From Octopus vulgaris (lineage: Eukaryota): a DNA stretch of 64,000 nucleotides. Location: assembly GCA_951406725.2 (NCBI GenBank), contig OX597818.1:127906001-127970000 (forward strand), given 5' to 3'. Below the pieces are notes generated by a model. The model made no database searches, was not told where the DNA came from, and saw only the letters and a list, made by a program, of their open reading frames with translations. Numbering within the stretch: position 1 is the first letter of the stretch; every line of letters starts with the position of its first letter. Positions 38,261 through 51,181 of the stretch are shown in pieces. The position numbers and the translations under genes were made by a program.

Positions 38261-38761
38261 TAATATATATATATATATATATATATGTGCGTGTATATAT
38301 GTGTATATATACATACATACATACATACATACATACATACACATCATATCATCATTGTTTAACATCTGCTTTCCATACTGGCATGGGTTGGATAGGACAT
38401 GGAGCTGACTAGCAGGGAGCTGTCCAGACTTCAACTATCTATTGTGGAATGGTTTCTATAGCAGAGTGTGTTGGGTGCTTTTTACATGCCACTGGCAGAG
38501 GTGTATTTACACATCACTGGTAGAGGTGTGTTAATGTAGCACTGGGACGAGTGATTTTTATGTGGCACCAGCAACTGAAAGGACAAGCCCGTATGAGTGG
38601 AAGACAGCAATTTTACTTATCTTGATGTGTCTTATCAAGTACATTAAATCACCACATCTCACAGCCTGTTGTTATTTCCTGAGTGAGGCCCAGCATCCAA
38701 AGATCCTTTCTCACCACATGTATGTGTGTGTGTATGTATGTGTGTGCATGTATGTAGATAT

Positions 38762-38800
<39 letters not shown>

Positions 38801-38801
38801 C

Positions 38802-38910
38802 TTTATTTAAAAGCAGCAGAAATTCACGTTCCCGTTCGTCGGGTCAGACGAACGGGGACGTGAAAGTCAGAGTAACAGGTTTTGTTGAATTTCTGCTGCT
38901 TTTAAATAAA
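38802..38910. repeat. Nested hairpin (25-bp outer arms, about 18-bp inner arms)
   Basis: tttatttaaaagcagcagaaattca pairs with tgaatttctgctgcttttaaataaa. cacgttcccgttcgtc pairs with gacgaacggggacgtg. Confidence 0.85.
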
Positions 38911-39946
38911 ACATATTACTCTACCCCTGGTATTTGAGTACTCTTTTTTCCACCTTGTTTCACATTTATGTGTTTACTCCAGTATATATATATACACCGT
39001 TTGTAGAGAACTTAACTCCCAAGATGGACACTCTAAGATGGAGAGCAGTTTATATTTTAATAGAATATATATATATCTCATCATCATCATCATCATCATC
39101 ATCATTTAACATCTGTTGTCCATGCTGTCATGGGTTGTATAGTTTGACCAGAGCTGGCAAGCTGAGGGGCTGCACCAGACTCCAGTCTGATTTGGCATGG
39201 TTTCTACAGCTGGATGCCCTTCCTAATGCCATCCACTTTACAGAGTGTACAGGGTGCTTTTACATGGTACCACATGGGTGCCTTTACATAGCACTGCGCA
39301 GGAATTTTTATATGGCATCACATTGTTGCTTTTACATGATACTGCATAGACACTTTTACGTGACACTGTATGAGCACTTTTACGTAGCACAGCACAAATG
39401 CTTTTATGAGAGACCACACAGGCACTTTTACATAACACCATATACTATAAATTCCCTCGACAAGTGCAACACCCTTCAGAAACAGAATCTTAATGGATAA
39501 CAACTCCAAAACAATGGGAATATGAAATACAAAAGGTCCTCAATAAAAGACACAGGTGCAGGCATGACTGTGCAGTTAAGAAGGTCATTTTGCAACTGTA
39601 TTGTTTTGTGTTTCTACCACACTAGGCATCATCAGCACAGCAGTTGTCCAAAGGTAACTCCAGCTGATGTGAAACATAAACAAAAAGTGCAAAAAACATT
39701 TATGGACTAGGGTAACTTGGATAATTTAAATAAAAATGAGTAGAGTGGCCAAAAGCATGAATATGGTTATAAAAATGAATAAAACTTATCTTAAATATCA
39801 TACAAAATGAATTTTTAATTTATTTAAATTATTTCCCCTCATATATATATATATAGGGAGAGTTTACGAAAAAAACAAAAGACGAAGACAGGTGGTGTAC
39901 AAAACAAACAGATGTATTAGTATAACGCTCAGGAATAGAAAAAGTC

Positions 39947-39980
39947 TTTTACGTTTCGAGCCTACGCTCTTCTACAGAAA
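39947..39980 (-). ncRNA. Minimal hammerhead-like motif with variant core CUGUAGA
   Basis: Reverse complement: UUU-CUGUAGA-A-GAGC-GUAG-GCUC-GAAACGUA-AAA, inside a repeat at 39856-40040. Confidence 0.55.
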
Positions 39981-40074
39981 GGGACACAGAAAAAACAAGG
40001 AGGGAAAAAAAATGTGTAGTGATTACAACCTATCATGGCATCTTAGACCATATCACTTGCTTGACAAGTGTACC

Positions 40075-40109
<35 letters not shown>

Positions 40110-41580
40110 GAAGGTACACTTGTCAGGCAAGTGATATGGTCTAGGATAATGTACTGAAACAAAATCGGTCATAGTGTGGAAGACACATATTTGCCATTCA
40201 AAAACACACAAAGGCTGTTAACCTCACTTAAACATTTATTTATTTGGTATCGAAATTTTCATTGCACAAACTGCCACTTGACAAGATTACACTGTGTAAT
40301 CTTGTCAATGACTAGGCAGCTGTTCAGGAAGCAAAAATTTTCACACAAAATAACAAATAATCATTGATTAAGTGAAGCCAACAGTCTTTGGTGTTTTTAA
40401 ATGGCTAGTATATGCATATATATATATGTATATATATATGTTATATTTCGGAGTGGTCATATGAATATATATATATATAGATATACTCTTACTCTTTTAC
40501 TTGTTTCAGTCATTTGACTGCGGCCATGCTGGAGCACCGCCTTTAATTGAGCAACTCGACCCCGGGACTTATTCTTTTGTAAGCCCAGTACTTATTCTAT
40601 CGGTCTCTTTTGCTAAACCGCTAAGTGACGGGGATGCAAACACACCAACATCGATTGTCAAGCAATACTAGGTAGACAAACACAGACACACAAACATATA
40701 TACACACATACATATACATATATACGACAGGCTTCTTTCAGTTTCTGTCTACCAAATCCACTCACAAGGCATTGGTCAGCCCGGGGCTATAGCAGAAGAC
40801 ACTTGCCCAAGATGCCACGCAGTGGGACTGAACCCGGAATCAAGCTACTTACCACACAGCCACTCCTGCGCCTATATATGTATATATATATATATGTATA
40901 TATATATATGTATATATCTATATACATGTATGTATGTATACACTCACACACATATATACAATTACTGTTCTATGCTGTGCTATACATTGGACCATCATTG
41001 GATGGTTTAAGTAAAATAATTTGTTCTTCCAATCAACAGAGGTCGCAAGTTCCTTTCTCAGACCTTCTCAGTTTCTAGAGAATAGGACCTTGTGAGTGCT
41101 CTTTGATAACCTTTCTTATGGCACAGCCAAAAGATAGACACGTGAGTGTGTATGAAATGAGCTTCCACCCCATATCTGCCTGCCAAAATTCACTCACAAG
41201 GTATTGGTCAAGCGCACAGTTGTGAACTGAAGTTCTTAACTCCACAGTTACGCTTATTCCTCTTTGAAGAAAACAATATTGCAATGCTACTTATTTTTTT
41301 TTTTGTTTGTAATCTTTAACAGCATAAAATTCTCACACTTGTTATAAATCCTAGACATCATATAGTCTTTCATGGAGACCACATATCTATGACATTTCGT
41401 AAAGTACAGTCTAAAGTCTACACTTCTTATCCAGAAATTACTTCAGCTTGATCTATTTCTGATCCTCAATAAAGCACAAATATACTTCATACTAAAGTAC
41501 TGTTCACATATCTTGGGAGATGCTGTTGTTGCTACAGACACAACAGTCTAAACTGCATTCCAGCTTATTACAATATATGT

Positions 41581-41611
<31 letters not shown>

Positions 41612-41859
41612 AATTAGTAATGCAATACTAGAGTATTGCTTTCCAGTAAAGAATAGCCCGTGAGGGAAAAATATACAAAGAAGTAAATATATGGCACAAC
41701 GAAGTACCGATATTTACTGGAAATAGCGAATGCAATAATACGACGCTAATGTATAGCTTCACCGCGTATGTACTAGCAAAAATGCGTGAGTGCAACAAAC
41801 TTGAAAAAAATTGTCTTACCTCCAGGGAGAACATCTGAAAGATGAATTAGAAAGGGATA

Positions 41860-41939
41860 ATGTGGGACCGGGACCAGTTTCAGATTTTTCAAGATATGCC
41901 TGCACACATATACTTGATCTATCTTCATCAGCCAAACAT
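41860..41939 (-). ncRNA. Type I hammerhead ribozyme motif (inverted copy)
   Basis: Exact reverse complement of 42171-42250. Confidence 0.7.
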
Positions 41940-42170
41940 ATACCATGACAACATTTCAGATGTTACCACATTAATGCCAATACACTCGACTGAAACGCCG
42001 AAATGCTAATTTTTCCCTCTCGGGCTATTCTTTACTCGAAAGGCAATACCCTCGTATTGCATTACTAATTTATTGAAACTTCTTCACCGTTCTCGTTCTG
42101 TTAGCATTTCGGCGTTTCAGTCGAGTGTATTGGCATTAATGTGGTAACATCTGAAATGTTGTCATGGTAT

Positions 42171-42250
42171 ATGTTTGGCTGATGAAGATAGATCAAGTAT
42201 ATGTGTGCAGGCATATCTTGAAAAATCTGAAACTGGTCCCGGTCCCACAT
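42171..42250 (+). ncRNA. Type I hammerhead ribozyme motif, core intact
   Basis: CUGAUGA 42179-85. Stem II AGAU/AUCU, extended by CAAG..AUAUG/CAUAU.CUUG. GAAA 42229-32. Stem III ACUG(G)/(C)CGGU. GUC site ends at 42244. Stem I AUG..UGG/CCACAU. Confidence 0.7.
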
Positions 42251-42433
42251 TATCCCTTTCTAGGTATTTCATCTTTCAGATGTTCTCCCTGGAGGTAAGA
42301 CAATTTTTTTCAAGTTTGTTGCACTCACGCATTTTTGCTAGTACATACGCGGTGAAGCTATACATTAGCGTCGTATTATTGTGTTCGCTATTTCCAGTAA
42401 ATATCGGTACTTCGTTGTGCCATATATTTACTT

Positions 42434-42493
<60 letters not shown>

Positions 42494-43381
42494 TCGCTTT
42501 TACTCTTTTACTTGTTTCAGTCATTTGACTGTGGCCATGCTGGAGCATTGCCTTTAGTCGAGCAAATTGACCCCAGGACTTATTCTTTGTAAGCCTAGTA
42601 CTTATTCTATCAGTCTCTTTTGCTGAACCACTAAGTTATGGGGACGTAAACACACCAGCATCGGTTGTCAAGCATTGCTGGGGGGACAAACACACACATG
42701 CACATATATATACATATATAAATGGGCTTCTTTCAGTTTCCGTCTACCAAATCCACTCACAAGGCTTTGGTCAGCCCGAGGCTATAGTAGAAGACACTTG
42801 CCCAAGGTGCCACCCGATGGGACTGAACCTGGAACCATGTGGTTCATAAGCAAGCTACTTACCACACAGCCACTCCTACACAAATACATATTACTTGATA
42901 TACTACAAATATACTACAAGTACTGTATTTCTTGCTTCAGTCTCTTATACAAATGTTATAAGGGCTATTTCATGTGAACAAGCTGTAATCATCTAACCTA
43001 AGCTCATATTTTTGTTCCATGTTTTTGAGTCAGGAGAGAAGAGAAACATTCTTGAGCCTTTACAGAATGTCCATGACTTGTGAGAGGAAGGTATCTTCAT
43101 ACTGGCAACCTGGCCCAAATGCTTGCAACTAAGTGGGCTCTGCTTGAGTCACCCAAAGTGTTTGGTGGTGGCATCAAACTGGGCAATGGGTTAGGCCTAA
43201 CAAATATCCTATGGTGGGATTTGAAGACAGAATGCAAAGATCCAGAATAAGTACCACAAGGTATTTGGTCTGGTCTGACATTCTTACATTTTTATTAATC
43301 TATTCCCTTGGATTGATGCCTCTTTTATCAATCCCAAAAGAATGAATGGCAAAGTTGACCTTAGCAGGATTTAAAGTGAGA

Positions 43382-43790
43382 ATGTTGTTGGCATCCTTTT
43401 TGTCTCAGGAGACAATGAAGTTGCGCATAAAATAGTCTAGTCCGGTTTTTACATTTCGTGTCCTGATACATTTCCTGCTGTGGCTGTGTAGTCCTATCCT
43501 GGACAAACACTCCCTCTGGCAGGTACCGCAAATGTAGCTGTTCCTGGCTGGTTGTAATGCCATAGTTTCTTGTTGACGTCTTTTCTTGTCTTTCCATTTC
43601 TCCTCTCTCTCTCTACTCTACGGAGAGCTTGCTAGGGGTACTAGGTCTGTGGGTAGACCGTTCTTACGTTACAAGGATGTTTGCAAAAGGGACATTAAGG
43701 CCTGCAACATCAATATTAGCGGTTGGGAAGCAGTTGCCGGCAACCGTGGAGATTGGCGACGTACCATAAAAGAGGGAATACAAAGTGAGA
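43382..43790 (-). mobile_element. RTE-BovB-like LINE 3' end with inverted 5' part
   Basis: Minus strand encodes YICGTCQRECLSRIGLHSHSRKC followed by the tail. Plus strand 43612-43790 encodes LLYGELARGTRSVGRPFLRYKD. Confidence 0.85.
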
Positions 43791-44170
43791 ATGTAATGTT
43801 GGAACAAATACTGCAGGGAAATTCTATTCAATTCTCTAATGACTCCCAATTTACCTCCACACTGTACACATGCCTCTTCTTTCACTTGTTATCCCTACTG
43901 TATTTCACACAAACTCTGCCATAGACATTTTTACCCAGTCTTCTCAACTGAGAATCACTTCTCACTGGAACATTCTCCTAACTCATATTTTCTCCACAGA
44001 TGGTGCAGGAGTGGCTGTGTTGTAAGTAGCTTGCTAACCAACCACATGGCTCCGGGTTCAGTCCCACTGCGTGGCATCTTGGGCAAGTGTCTTCTACTAT
44101 AGCCTTGGGCCGACCAAAGCCTTGTGAGTGGATTTGGTAGACGGAAACTGAAAAAAGCCTGTCGTATATA

Positions 44171-44805
44171 TCATCATCATCATCATCATTTAGCGTCTGC
44201 TTTCCATGCTAGCATGGGTTGGATGGGTCAACTGGGGTCTGTGAAGCTGGAAGGCTTTGTCAGGCCCAGTCAGATCTGGCAGTGTTTCTACAGCTGGATG
44301 CCCTTCCTAACGCCAACCACTCCGCGAGTGTAGTGGGTGTTTTTTACATGCCACCTGCACAGGTGCCAGACAGAGCTGGCGAACGGCCACGAACGGATGG
44401 TGCTTTTACGTGTCACCGGCACGGGCCAGGCAAGGCTGGCAACGGACACGAACGGATGGTGCTTTTATGTGCCACCGACACGGGGCCAGACAGAGCTGGC
44501 AAACGGCCACGAACGGACGGTGCTTTTACGTGTCACCGGCACGGGGGCCAGCCGAGGCTGGCAACGGACACGAACGGATGGTGCTTTTACGTGCCACCGA
44601 CACGGGACCAGACAGAGCTGGCAAACGGCCACGAACGGATGGTGCTTTTACGTGTCACCGGCACGGGGCCAGGCAAGGCTGGCAACGAACACGAACGGAT
44701 GGTGCTTTTACGTGCCACCGACACGGGGGCCAGACAGAGCTGGCAAACGGCCACGAGCGAATGGTGCTTTTACGTATCACCGACACGGGTGCCAGATGAG
44801 GCTGA
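44171..44805 (-). mobile_element. RTE LINE 3' UTR (about 8 minisatellite units plus tail) inserted in SINE B
   Basis: Near-identical to 36189-36810. The SINE B halves lie at 44022-44170 and 44806-45005. Confidence 0.88.
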
Positions 44806-46048
44806 CTGTGTCTGTGTTTGTCCCCCTAGCATTGCTTGACAACCGATGCTGGTGTGTTTACGTCCCCGTCACTTAGCGGTTCGGCAAGAGAGACCGATAC
44901 AATGAGTACTGGGCTTACAAAGAATAAGTCCCGGGGTCGATTTGCTCGACTAAAGGCGGTGCTCCAGCATGGCCACAGTCAAATGACTGAAACAAGTAAA
45001 AGAATAGTAAAAGGAAGATATTCAGGCTGAATATCAGCTGCATTAATTTCACCAGTCCAGAAAATAAGCTGTTGCAAAAGTCATTAGTGGTTTTTCTTCT
45101 CATAGTAAAAAAACAAGAAACAAAATCCCTTGAAACAAATATTATACACTTAAAACTACATCAGCTACATAGATGCTAGTGTGCAGTCCACTTCCATAGA
45201 AGCAGAAACAAGCAAGGCAATATTGCTTTCTCTATTAACCAACATTCTAGCAACCAAATAACCAAATGTCCTACCTTCAGAAAAGAAGTATGTTAGATAA
45301 TGTAGGAATCCTAGGTACACTTTCATACTTTCTCTGGACAAAAAAAAAAAAAGATAGGTGTCATGGCTGGAATGCCTTTAATTAATGATTTGTTGGAACA
45401 GGGCTGATTTGGGCTGAACAACAACAAAAACATTATGTCGAATGGTATCAAATTCTTTGTCCCTGTTTCACAAGTAATACTTTCCTTCAGATCTATAACA
45501 ATCATATTGGTTGCTCAAGTGGTACTTATTTTATCGACCCCCAATGGCATTTGAACTCAGAGTGTAAAAAAGGATGAAATGTTGCTGGGTATTTTGCCCG
45601 GTGTGCTAACAATTCTGCCAGCTCACCACCTTAATTCATAACTATCATATCACCTAGTTGTGGGTACTGACACAACCTCAGGCCTGTAAAATGGAGTTTT
45701 TAGGTGGAATGCAGTGTGCATAGTACCATTCCTACCCTTCACTCCGGAGTGTGCTGCATACCCATTGAAAATGGCAAATTCATTATAAATATTAACCTTA
45801 CTCATTAATTTAATCACAGATCTTAATGGGAAACTTTTGTTACACTTCTGCTTGGAATATGGCAGCATTGGGCATTGCAGCACATCCAATACAAAAACCA
45901 CCATACACCATGGCCTAGCAGGCTGAGATGGTGGCTGCAAGATCCTTAGGTTTAAGATTTACATTGGAGTATCCTTCTCTCAGGCAGGATGCTGTACAGA
46001 GCAAAAGCACTCTTCCAATGCTTATCCCAGCTAGTTTGAACCATATAT

Positions 46049-46530
46049 GGATCTTTTCCTTTTGAACAGCACACAATTTCTAGTTAACTAAACACTTTAA
46101 AACTTCGTATACTGTCAAAATAAAACATTTTTTTCTCTTGGCTTTCTTGAGAAAATTGCAATTTGTTTGTTTAACGTAGTTTAATTTTTCAAATTTTAAC
46201 CAATCGATTACCTCCATTGAGCTAAAATCATTTGCTGCGTTTAAAACTGAGACAACATCCTGTCACTAACCCTCAACCTAACCCTAACCCTAAATGTTGT
46301 CTCAGTTTTAGATGCAGCAAATGATTTTAGCTCAATGGAGGTAATCGATTGGTTAAAATTGCCAAAATGCTTGAAATTTCAGACAAAATATCTCACAAGT
46401 TATAGAATTTTCTCAATAAAACCAAGAGAAAATGATGTTTTATAAACACATTCTACCAGTATACGAAGTTTAAAACTTTTTAGTTACCTAGAAATTATGT
46501 TACAAAGTGCCGTTCAAAAGGAAAAGATCC
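46049..46530. mobile_element. Palindromic MITE (possibly Merlin-like) with central telomere-like repeats
   Basis: TIRs GGATCTTTTCCTTTTGAAC / GTTCAAAAGGAAAAGATCC. 8-bp TSD ccatatat/ccatagat. (TAACCC)n at 46268-46292. Confidence 0.8.
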
Positions 46531-46713
46531 CCATAGATGGTGCGCCATGACTGCTATCCACTTGAATCAATAAACCGGAGATTACAAATTTTTTCTATGA
46601 CCTACTCTTCTAGGAAATGTTGGATTAATTTTTACTCCCCCTACAACATTTGAAAATGAAAAGGTCAATTTTCTAACAAAGCCTTTTTTTTTGCCTAGAT
46701 TTAACATACAATA

Positions 46714-47085
46714 CTACTTACTTACTTGTACTTGTGGCAACATTCACCCTGGGTGGGTTGATTCGGCTTATTCTACCACCCTCGAGGCAGACCGAACCAT
46801 GGCAGAGGAAGAAGTTTCGAGGGAATATGAATTTCACAAGCGGTTGCCAACAATCCTGCATGTAGAGACATCCTGTTTGCCGCAGATTGTCCGCAGACAC
46901 AGGGACAGAACGACCGAGGAGCCGCCGGTTGCCGAAACAGACACTCCGAGGATTTTCACCAGAGCTCCGTCTGCCGGGTTGTGGCCCTAATACCACTCAG
47001 TGTCAGACCAATTTGCCTTGAGTGGCCCTACCAGGAACCGAAGTTCCGGACGGCATAGCTCTGACACTACCCGTTGCCACCACAG
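46714..47085 (-). mobile_element. GC-rich short retro-element with RTE-5'UTR-like head and (TAAG)n tail
   Basis: Reverse-complement head gagctatgccgtccggaac...cctggtagggccactcaaggcaaattggtc resembles RTE 5' UTRs (from recollection). Confidence 0.5.
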
Positions 47086-48264
47086 TGAGTAGGGGATGGA
47101 CTTTGGGGACATACAATACTGTGAAATAATACAGTTGTTGGTGTGCTTGATAGAAAATATAATGCAAAAACATTTCTGATTATTGAATAGTCCATCCCAT
47201 AAAAGACTATGGAAATGGGCATCTTGGAAATGAATAAGGGTTGGCAATAATAGGGTCATCAACATAAGAATACTGTGACAAGCTATATCTCAAGTTACTC
47301 TTTTACTTGTTTCAGTCATTTGACTGCGGCCAAGCTGGAGCACCCCTTTAATCGAGCAACTCGACCCTGCAACTTATTCTTTTGTAAGCCCAGTACTTAT
47401 TCTATTGGTCTCTTTTGCCGAACCGCTACGTGACGGGGACATAAACACACCAGCATTGGTTATCAAGCAATGCTAGGGGAACAAACACAGACACACACAC
47501 GCATATATATATATATATATACATATATACGACGGGCTTCTTTCAGTTTCTGTCTACCAAATCCACGCACAAGGCTTTGGTCGGCCCGAAGCTATAGTAG
47601 AAGACACTTGCCCAAGGTGCCACGCAGTGGGACTGAACCCAGTACCATGTGGTTGGTAAACAAGCTACTTACCACACAGCCACTCCTGTTAGTTAAGAAT
47701 TTTATTTTCAAAAGTGATTTTAATAAACAATTTACTTTCCTTTGTTGTCACAACCCTGAAAGGCTATCTTGCACCCTCGGTGCATTAAGCCAATAAATGA
47801 ACCTCTATGTAGTCACTAAACCTGCTAGAAATAGCAGTTAAATTTCAAAATAATTGAATCTTACCACCTTATAAAAAATCCATTAGATACTGTTCCCCAA
47901 AGTACAATATGCCCAATAAGACAGATTAGTCACAGCTACAAAGTTTTTAATCTTAAGTCAACTAAATCAGAGCTGAACTGGAAACCAGACGCATCACCAA
48001 CACCACAACCCATCACCACAACCCATCACCACCACCACTGTCTGGTTAAAAACAACCATAAAACCATTTATTCAAATAACATAATATCCTTTTTTTTGTA
48101 TTCTATCACAGATTCAATCAATAAATATTATTGAGGCTTTACAGCTAAATACCCTTCCTGTCTTTAACTCTTACCTGTTGTTTTAAGTAAAGAATTTTTT
48201 TTATTCTACACATCTTTGCCGTGTATGTCATCAAATATCAGGGGTGTTTTTTCTAGCTCAACTC

Positions 48265-48508
48265 TTTGTTTGTTTGTTTGTTTGTTTGTTTGTTTGTATG
48301 TATGTATGTATGTATGTATGTATGTATGTATGTATGTATGTATGTATGTATGTATGTATGTATGTATGTATGTATGTATGTATGTATGTATGTATGTATG
48401 TATGTATGTATGTATGTATGTATGTATGTATGTATGTATGTATGTATGTATGTATGTATGTATGTATGTATGTATGTATGTATGTATGTCAGTCAGTCAG
48501 TCAGTCAG
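48265..48508. repeat. Compound microsatellite (TTTG)n(TATG)n(TCAG)n
   Basis: About 190 bp of uninterrupted TATG. Confidence 0.97.
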
Positions 48509-51181
48509 GTCACTTTCGAGTGCTACTGGTAACATGTAACCCAGTACAACCTGTTGCATGGTCGGGTCGTTGGCGACTAAACTGGCAACCCCACCAAGCT
48601 TGCTTGGTGAGGAGGGTGTTTATTGGACACCCTGTGGGATGAAAAACAAAACCTGTCAAGGGGCGGAGGAACTCTTGAGAGTCAACGGCCATCCAATGAA
48701 TGCCTTAAGGCTGTATCATGCGCGGGGACATAGAAATAATCGGACTGAATACCCAATTGCGCGGTTAAACCATTGGGAGTGAAGAACTCCTAGCCTTTGT
48801 TAGGGAATCCTTCTAGGAGAAGGTAACTCAGATAACTGGGATAACTCCAACATAAAACCTGCGGCTCAGTGGTTACCGATGATGTTGACTTGTTCTTCTT
48901 TTTGGATTATGGTTGCTTAGTGAGTGGGATTGACTCAGTGCACAGCCTTTCCTCACTTTTCAAAAAAAAATCTTGCACAGGCATTGCACGATAACAACAT
49001 TGATTAAGCTTCGTGCAATGGCCATACTCGATAACGAGGGGGCAGCCACCATGCATGCATGCATGCATGAATGCATGCATGCATTCATGCATGCATGCAT
49101 GCATGCATGCATGTATGTATGTATGTATGTATGTATGTATGTATGCATGTGTATACACACACATATGCACAATAGACTTCCATATGGTTTTTGCCTACCA
49201 ATCTTACACTCTAGGCACTGGTTAACCTGAGGATGCAGTAGAAGACATTTGCACAAGGTGCCATGCAAAGAAATAGAAATCAAGACCATGCAATAACAAA
49301 ATGAACTCCATATACACACAGTCATGTCTATGCCTATAATGATAATAATAATAATAATGAAATTATTGTATACAGTGCACCACAACTTGTCAAAAGTGCA
49401 TATAAAGCATATGCAGTAGTGTACAAATGTCTGGGAAGTGAAGAGTGTATGAGTCAGATACATGCTTGCATGTGAATGGAGGGGAGAAAGTCAGGTGTAG
49501 TGTTGGCGAATCTCAGGAAGCATGGAAGTGTTGAAGGATGCAGTGCTCCGACAACTAACAAATGATGCCGGCAGTTTGTTCCATACTTCAGCAACTCTTA
49601 GCGTGAAAAAATGTTTCCGAAAGTCATGGGAGCTGTGCTGTTTTCTGACTTTACTTATATTTTATTCAAAATGATAAACTCAAATTAACAATTACTACTT
49701 TCATTGAAATAATTTCAAACACTAGACAGTACATTCATATTAATTCTCATATCAAGAGAAATGTTTAGTAACAGCTAGCAACTAAACTAGTCATTGTTGT
49801 CTCAGCTAAAGTAATTATAACAATTATGTCATGCTTTGACATACACAGCAAATTAATTATGCCTTTCACCAAGTGTAATATAATCATATGTAATCTGTTG
49901 TGTATATGTAAACATAGTCTTCTGTTGGGTGAGTATCAAGGTTAAGGAGATCATATGGTTGATCAAAAGCAAGACCTGAATTTCCTGATTTCATGTTGCA
50001 TTACATATGTAGACTCCCTGAAAGCATTTTCAAACATATAGGACGAGGTGGTAGTTTAACAACCATTGAAAGAAATTATATTTATTACCACACAACATGT
50101 GATGTGATGTTGATTAGACATGGATCAGCTAAGATCTTGAAAACATGATCGAGTATTTTTTTATAGGCATAACAAATCAGAAATTACTTAATCTAATGCA
50201 TCCCACTTTCTGTTTCTAAACGATAATCAGTGGTAATTGAGATATTTCGCTGCCATTTCTAGGTTGCAGAGTGACAACATAAAGGCTCCCTCCTTTGATT
50301 CATATGATATAATGTTTTACATTTTGGACACATACTTAGTCTTGCTGTGAATATCTTTTTGAAGATGGATTTATAACCAGTGTTAATGAGAACAACTAAA
50401 TCATGAATTAGAACTCCTATTCATTAACTTACTGTAAGTACTCAAAAATGTCAGGGAGCAGGCTAATTACCATAATTAATAAAATTAACATGGTTTCCAT
50501 TTCTTAAGCTTATCAAATAACATACATGCAAAAGTCTATTGCTTTCTCATTTATAAAGAAGGGAGGGTGGCAAAGAATTTCACAGAAACTTTCTTTTTTG
50601 ATCTGGAGGAGGATGGACATCTGCCTTAACCCTTTAGCATTTAAACCGGCCACATCTGGTCTCTCACACCAACCCTACAATATCATTTTAAAAATTAACA
50701 GCTACCTCATCAAAATCTCATAGCTACAAGATAATGCCTGATTAGTTCAAAACAATGTGGACGAAGAAGCATTAATTATGGCAGAATAATGCGAACACTA
50801 AAGGGTTAAACTTACAGGCTCAGGAAATTAGAATTCATTCTGGTTTTCAAGTTGTTAAGGCTGACAGAACATAATTCTCCACTTAATCAGACATCACTCT
50901 GTAAAAGGGTTTGATCCTGGGTGCCACTAGTACTGATTTTCAGCAGAGTGAACTTGAACAACATGAAATACAGTGCATTCCTTCAGGTCACAATGTGTTG
51001 CTCAGTTTGAGAATTGAACCCAAAACCTAATGATTGGGAGTCCAACACCATAAGCAATACACCACACACCTTTACTATTTTTTAGGTGGGGGACTGGTAT
51101 TTGTCAGTTTGAGAACCATTGCATTAATTTGTATTCTAATTTAAAACTGTCTTCACAATAATGATTAAATATTACCATAAA

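Larger units (their letters stand above)
41611..42440. mobile_element. Unclassified element with interleaved inverted repeats (A 41611-41672, X' 41671-42009, A' 42009-42071, X 42101-42440) in (TA)n
   Basis: X and X' are near-identical reverse complements of about 340 bp. A and A' are 60-bp inverted arms. Confidence 0.85.

Noticed and set aside
38261-38342. N-terminus of the 488-aa ORF (MYVCMYVC...)
   Set aside because: Microsatellite read-through. The LINE is 5'-truncated at about 38260.
41628-42528. Two ORFs with the same peptide (MFSLEVRQFFSS...) on opposite strands
   Set aside because: A by-product of the 340-bp inverted duplication, with no recognisable protein.
48216-49463. MYVC/HTYI-type ORFs here and at 32949-33280
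   Set aside because: Translations of (TATG)n and (CA)n microsatellites.
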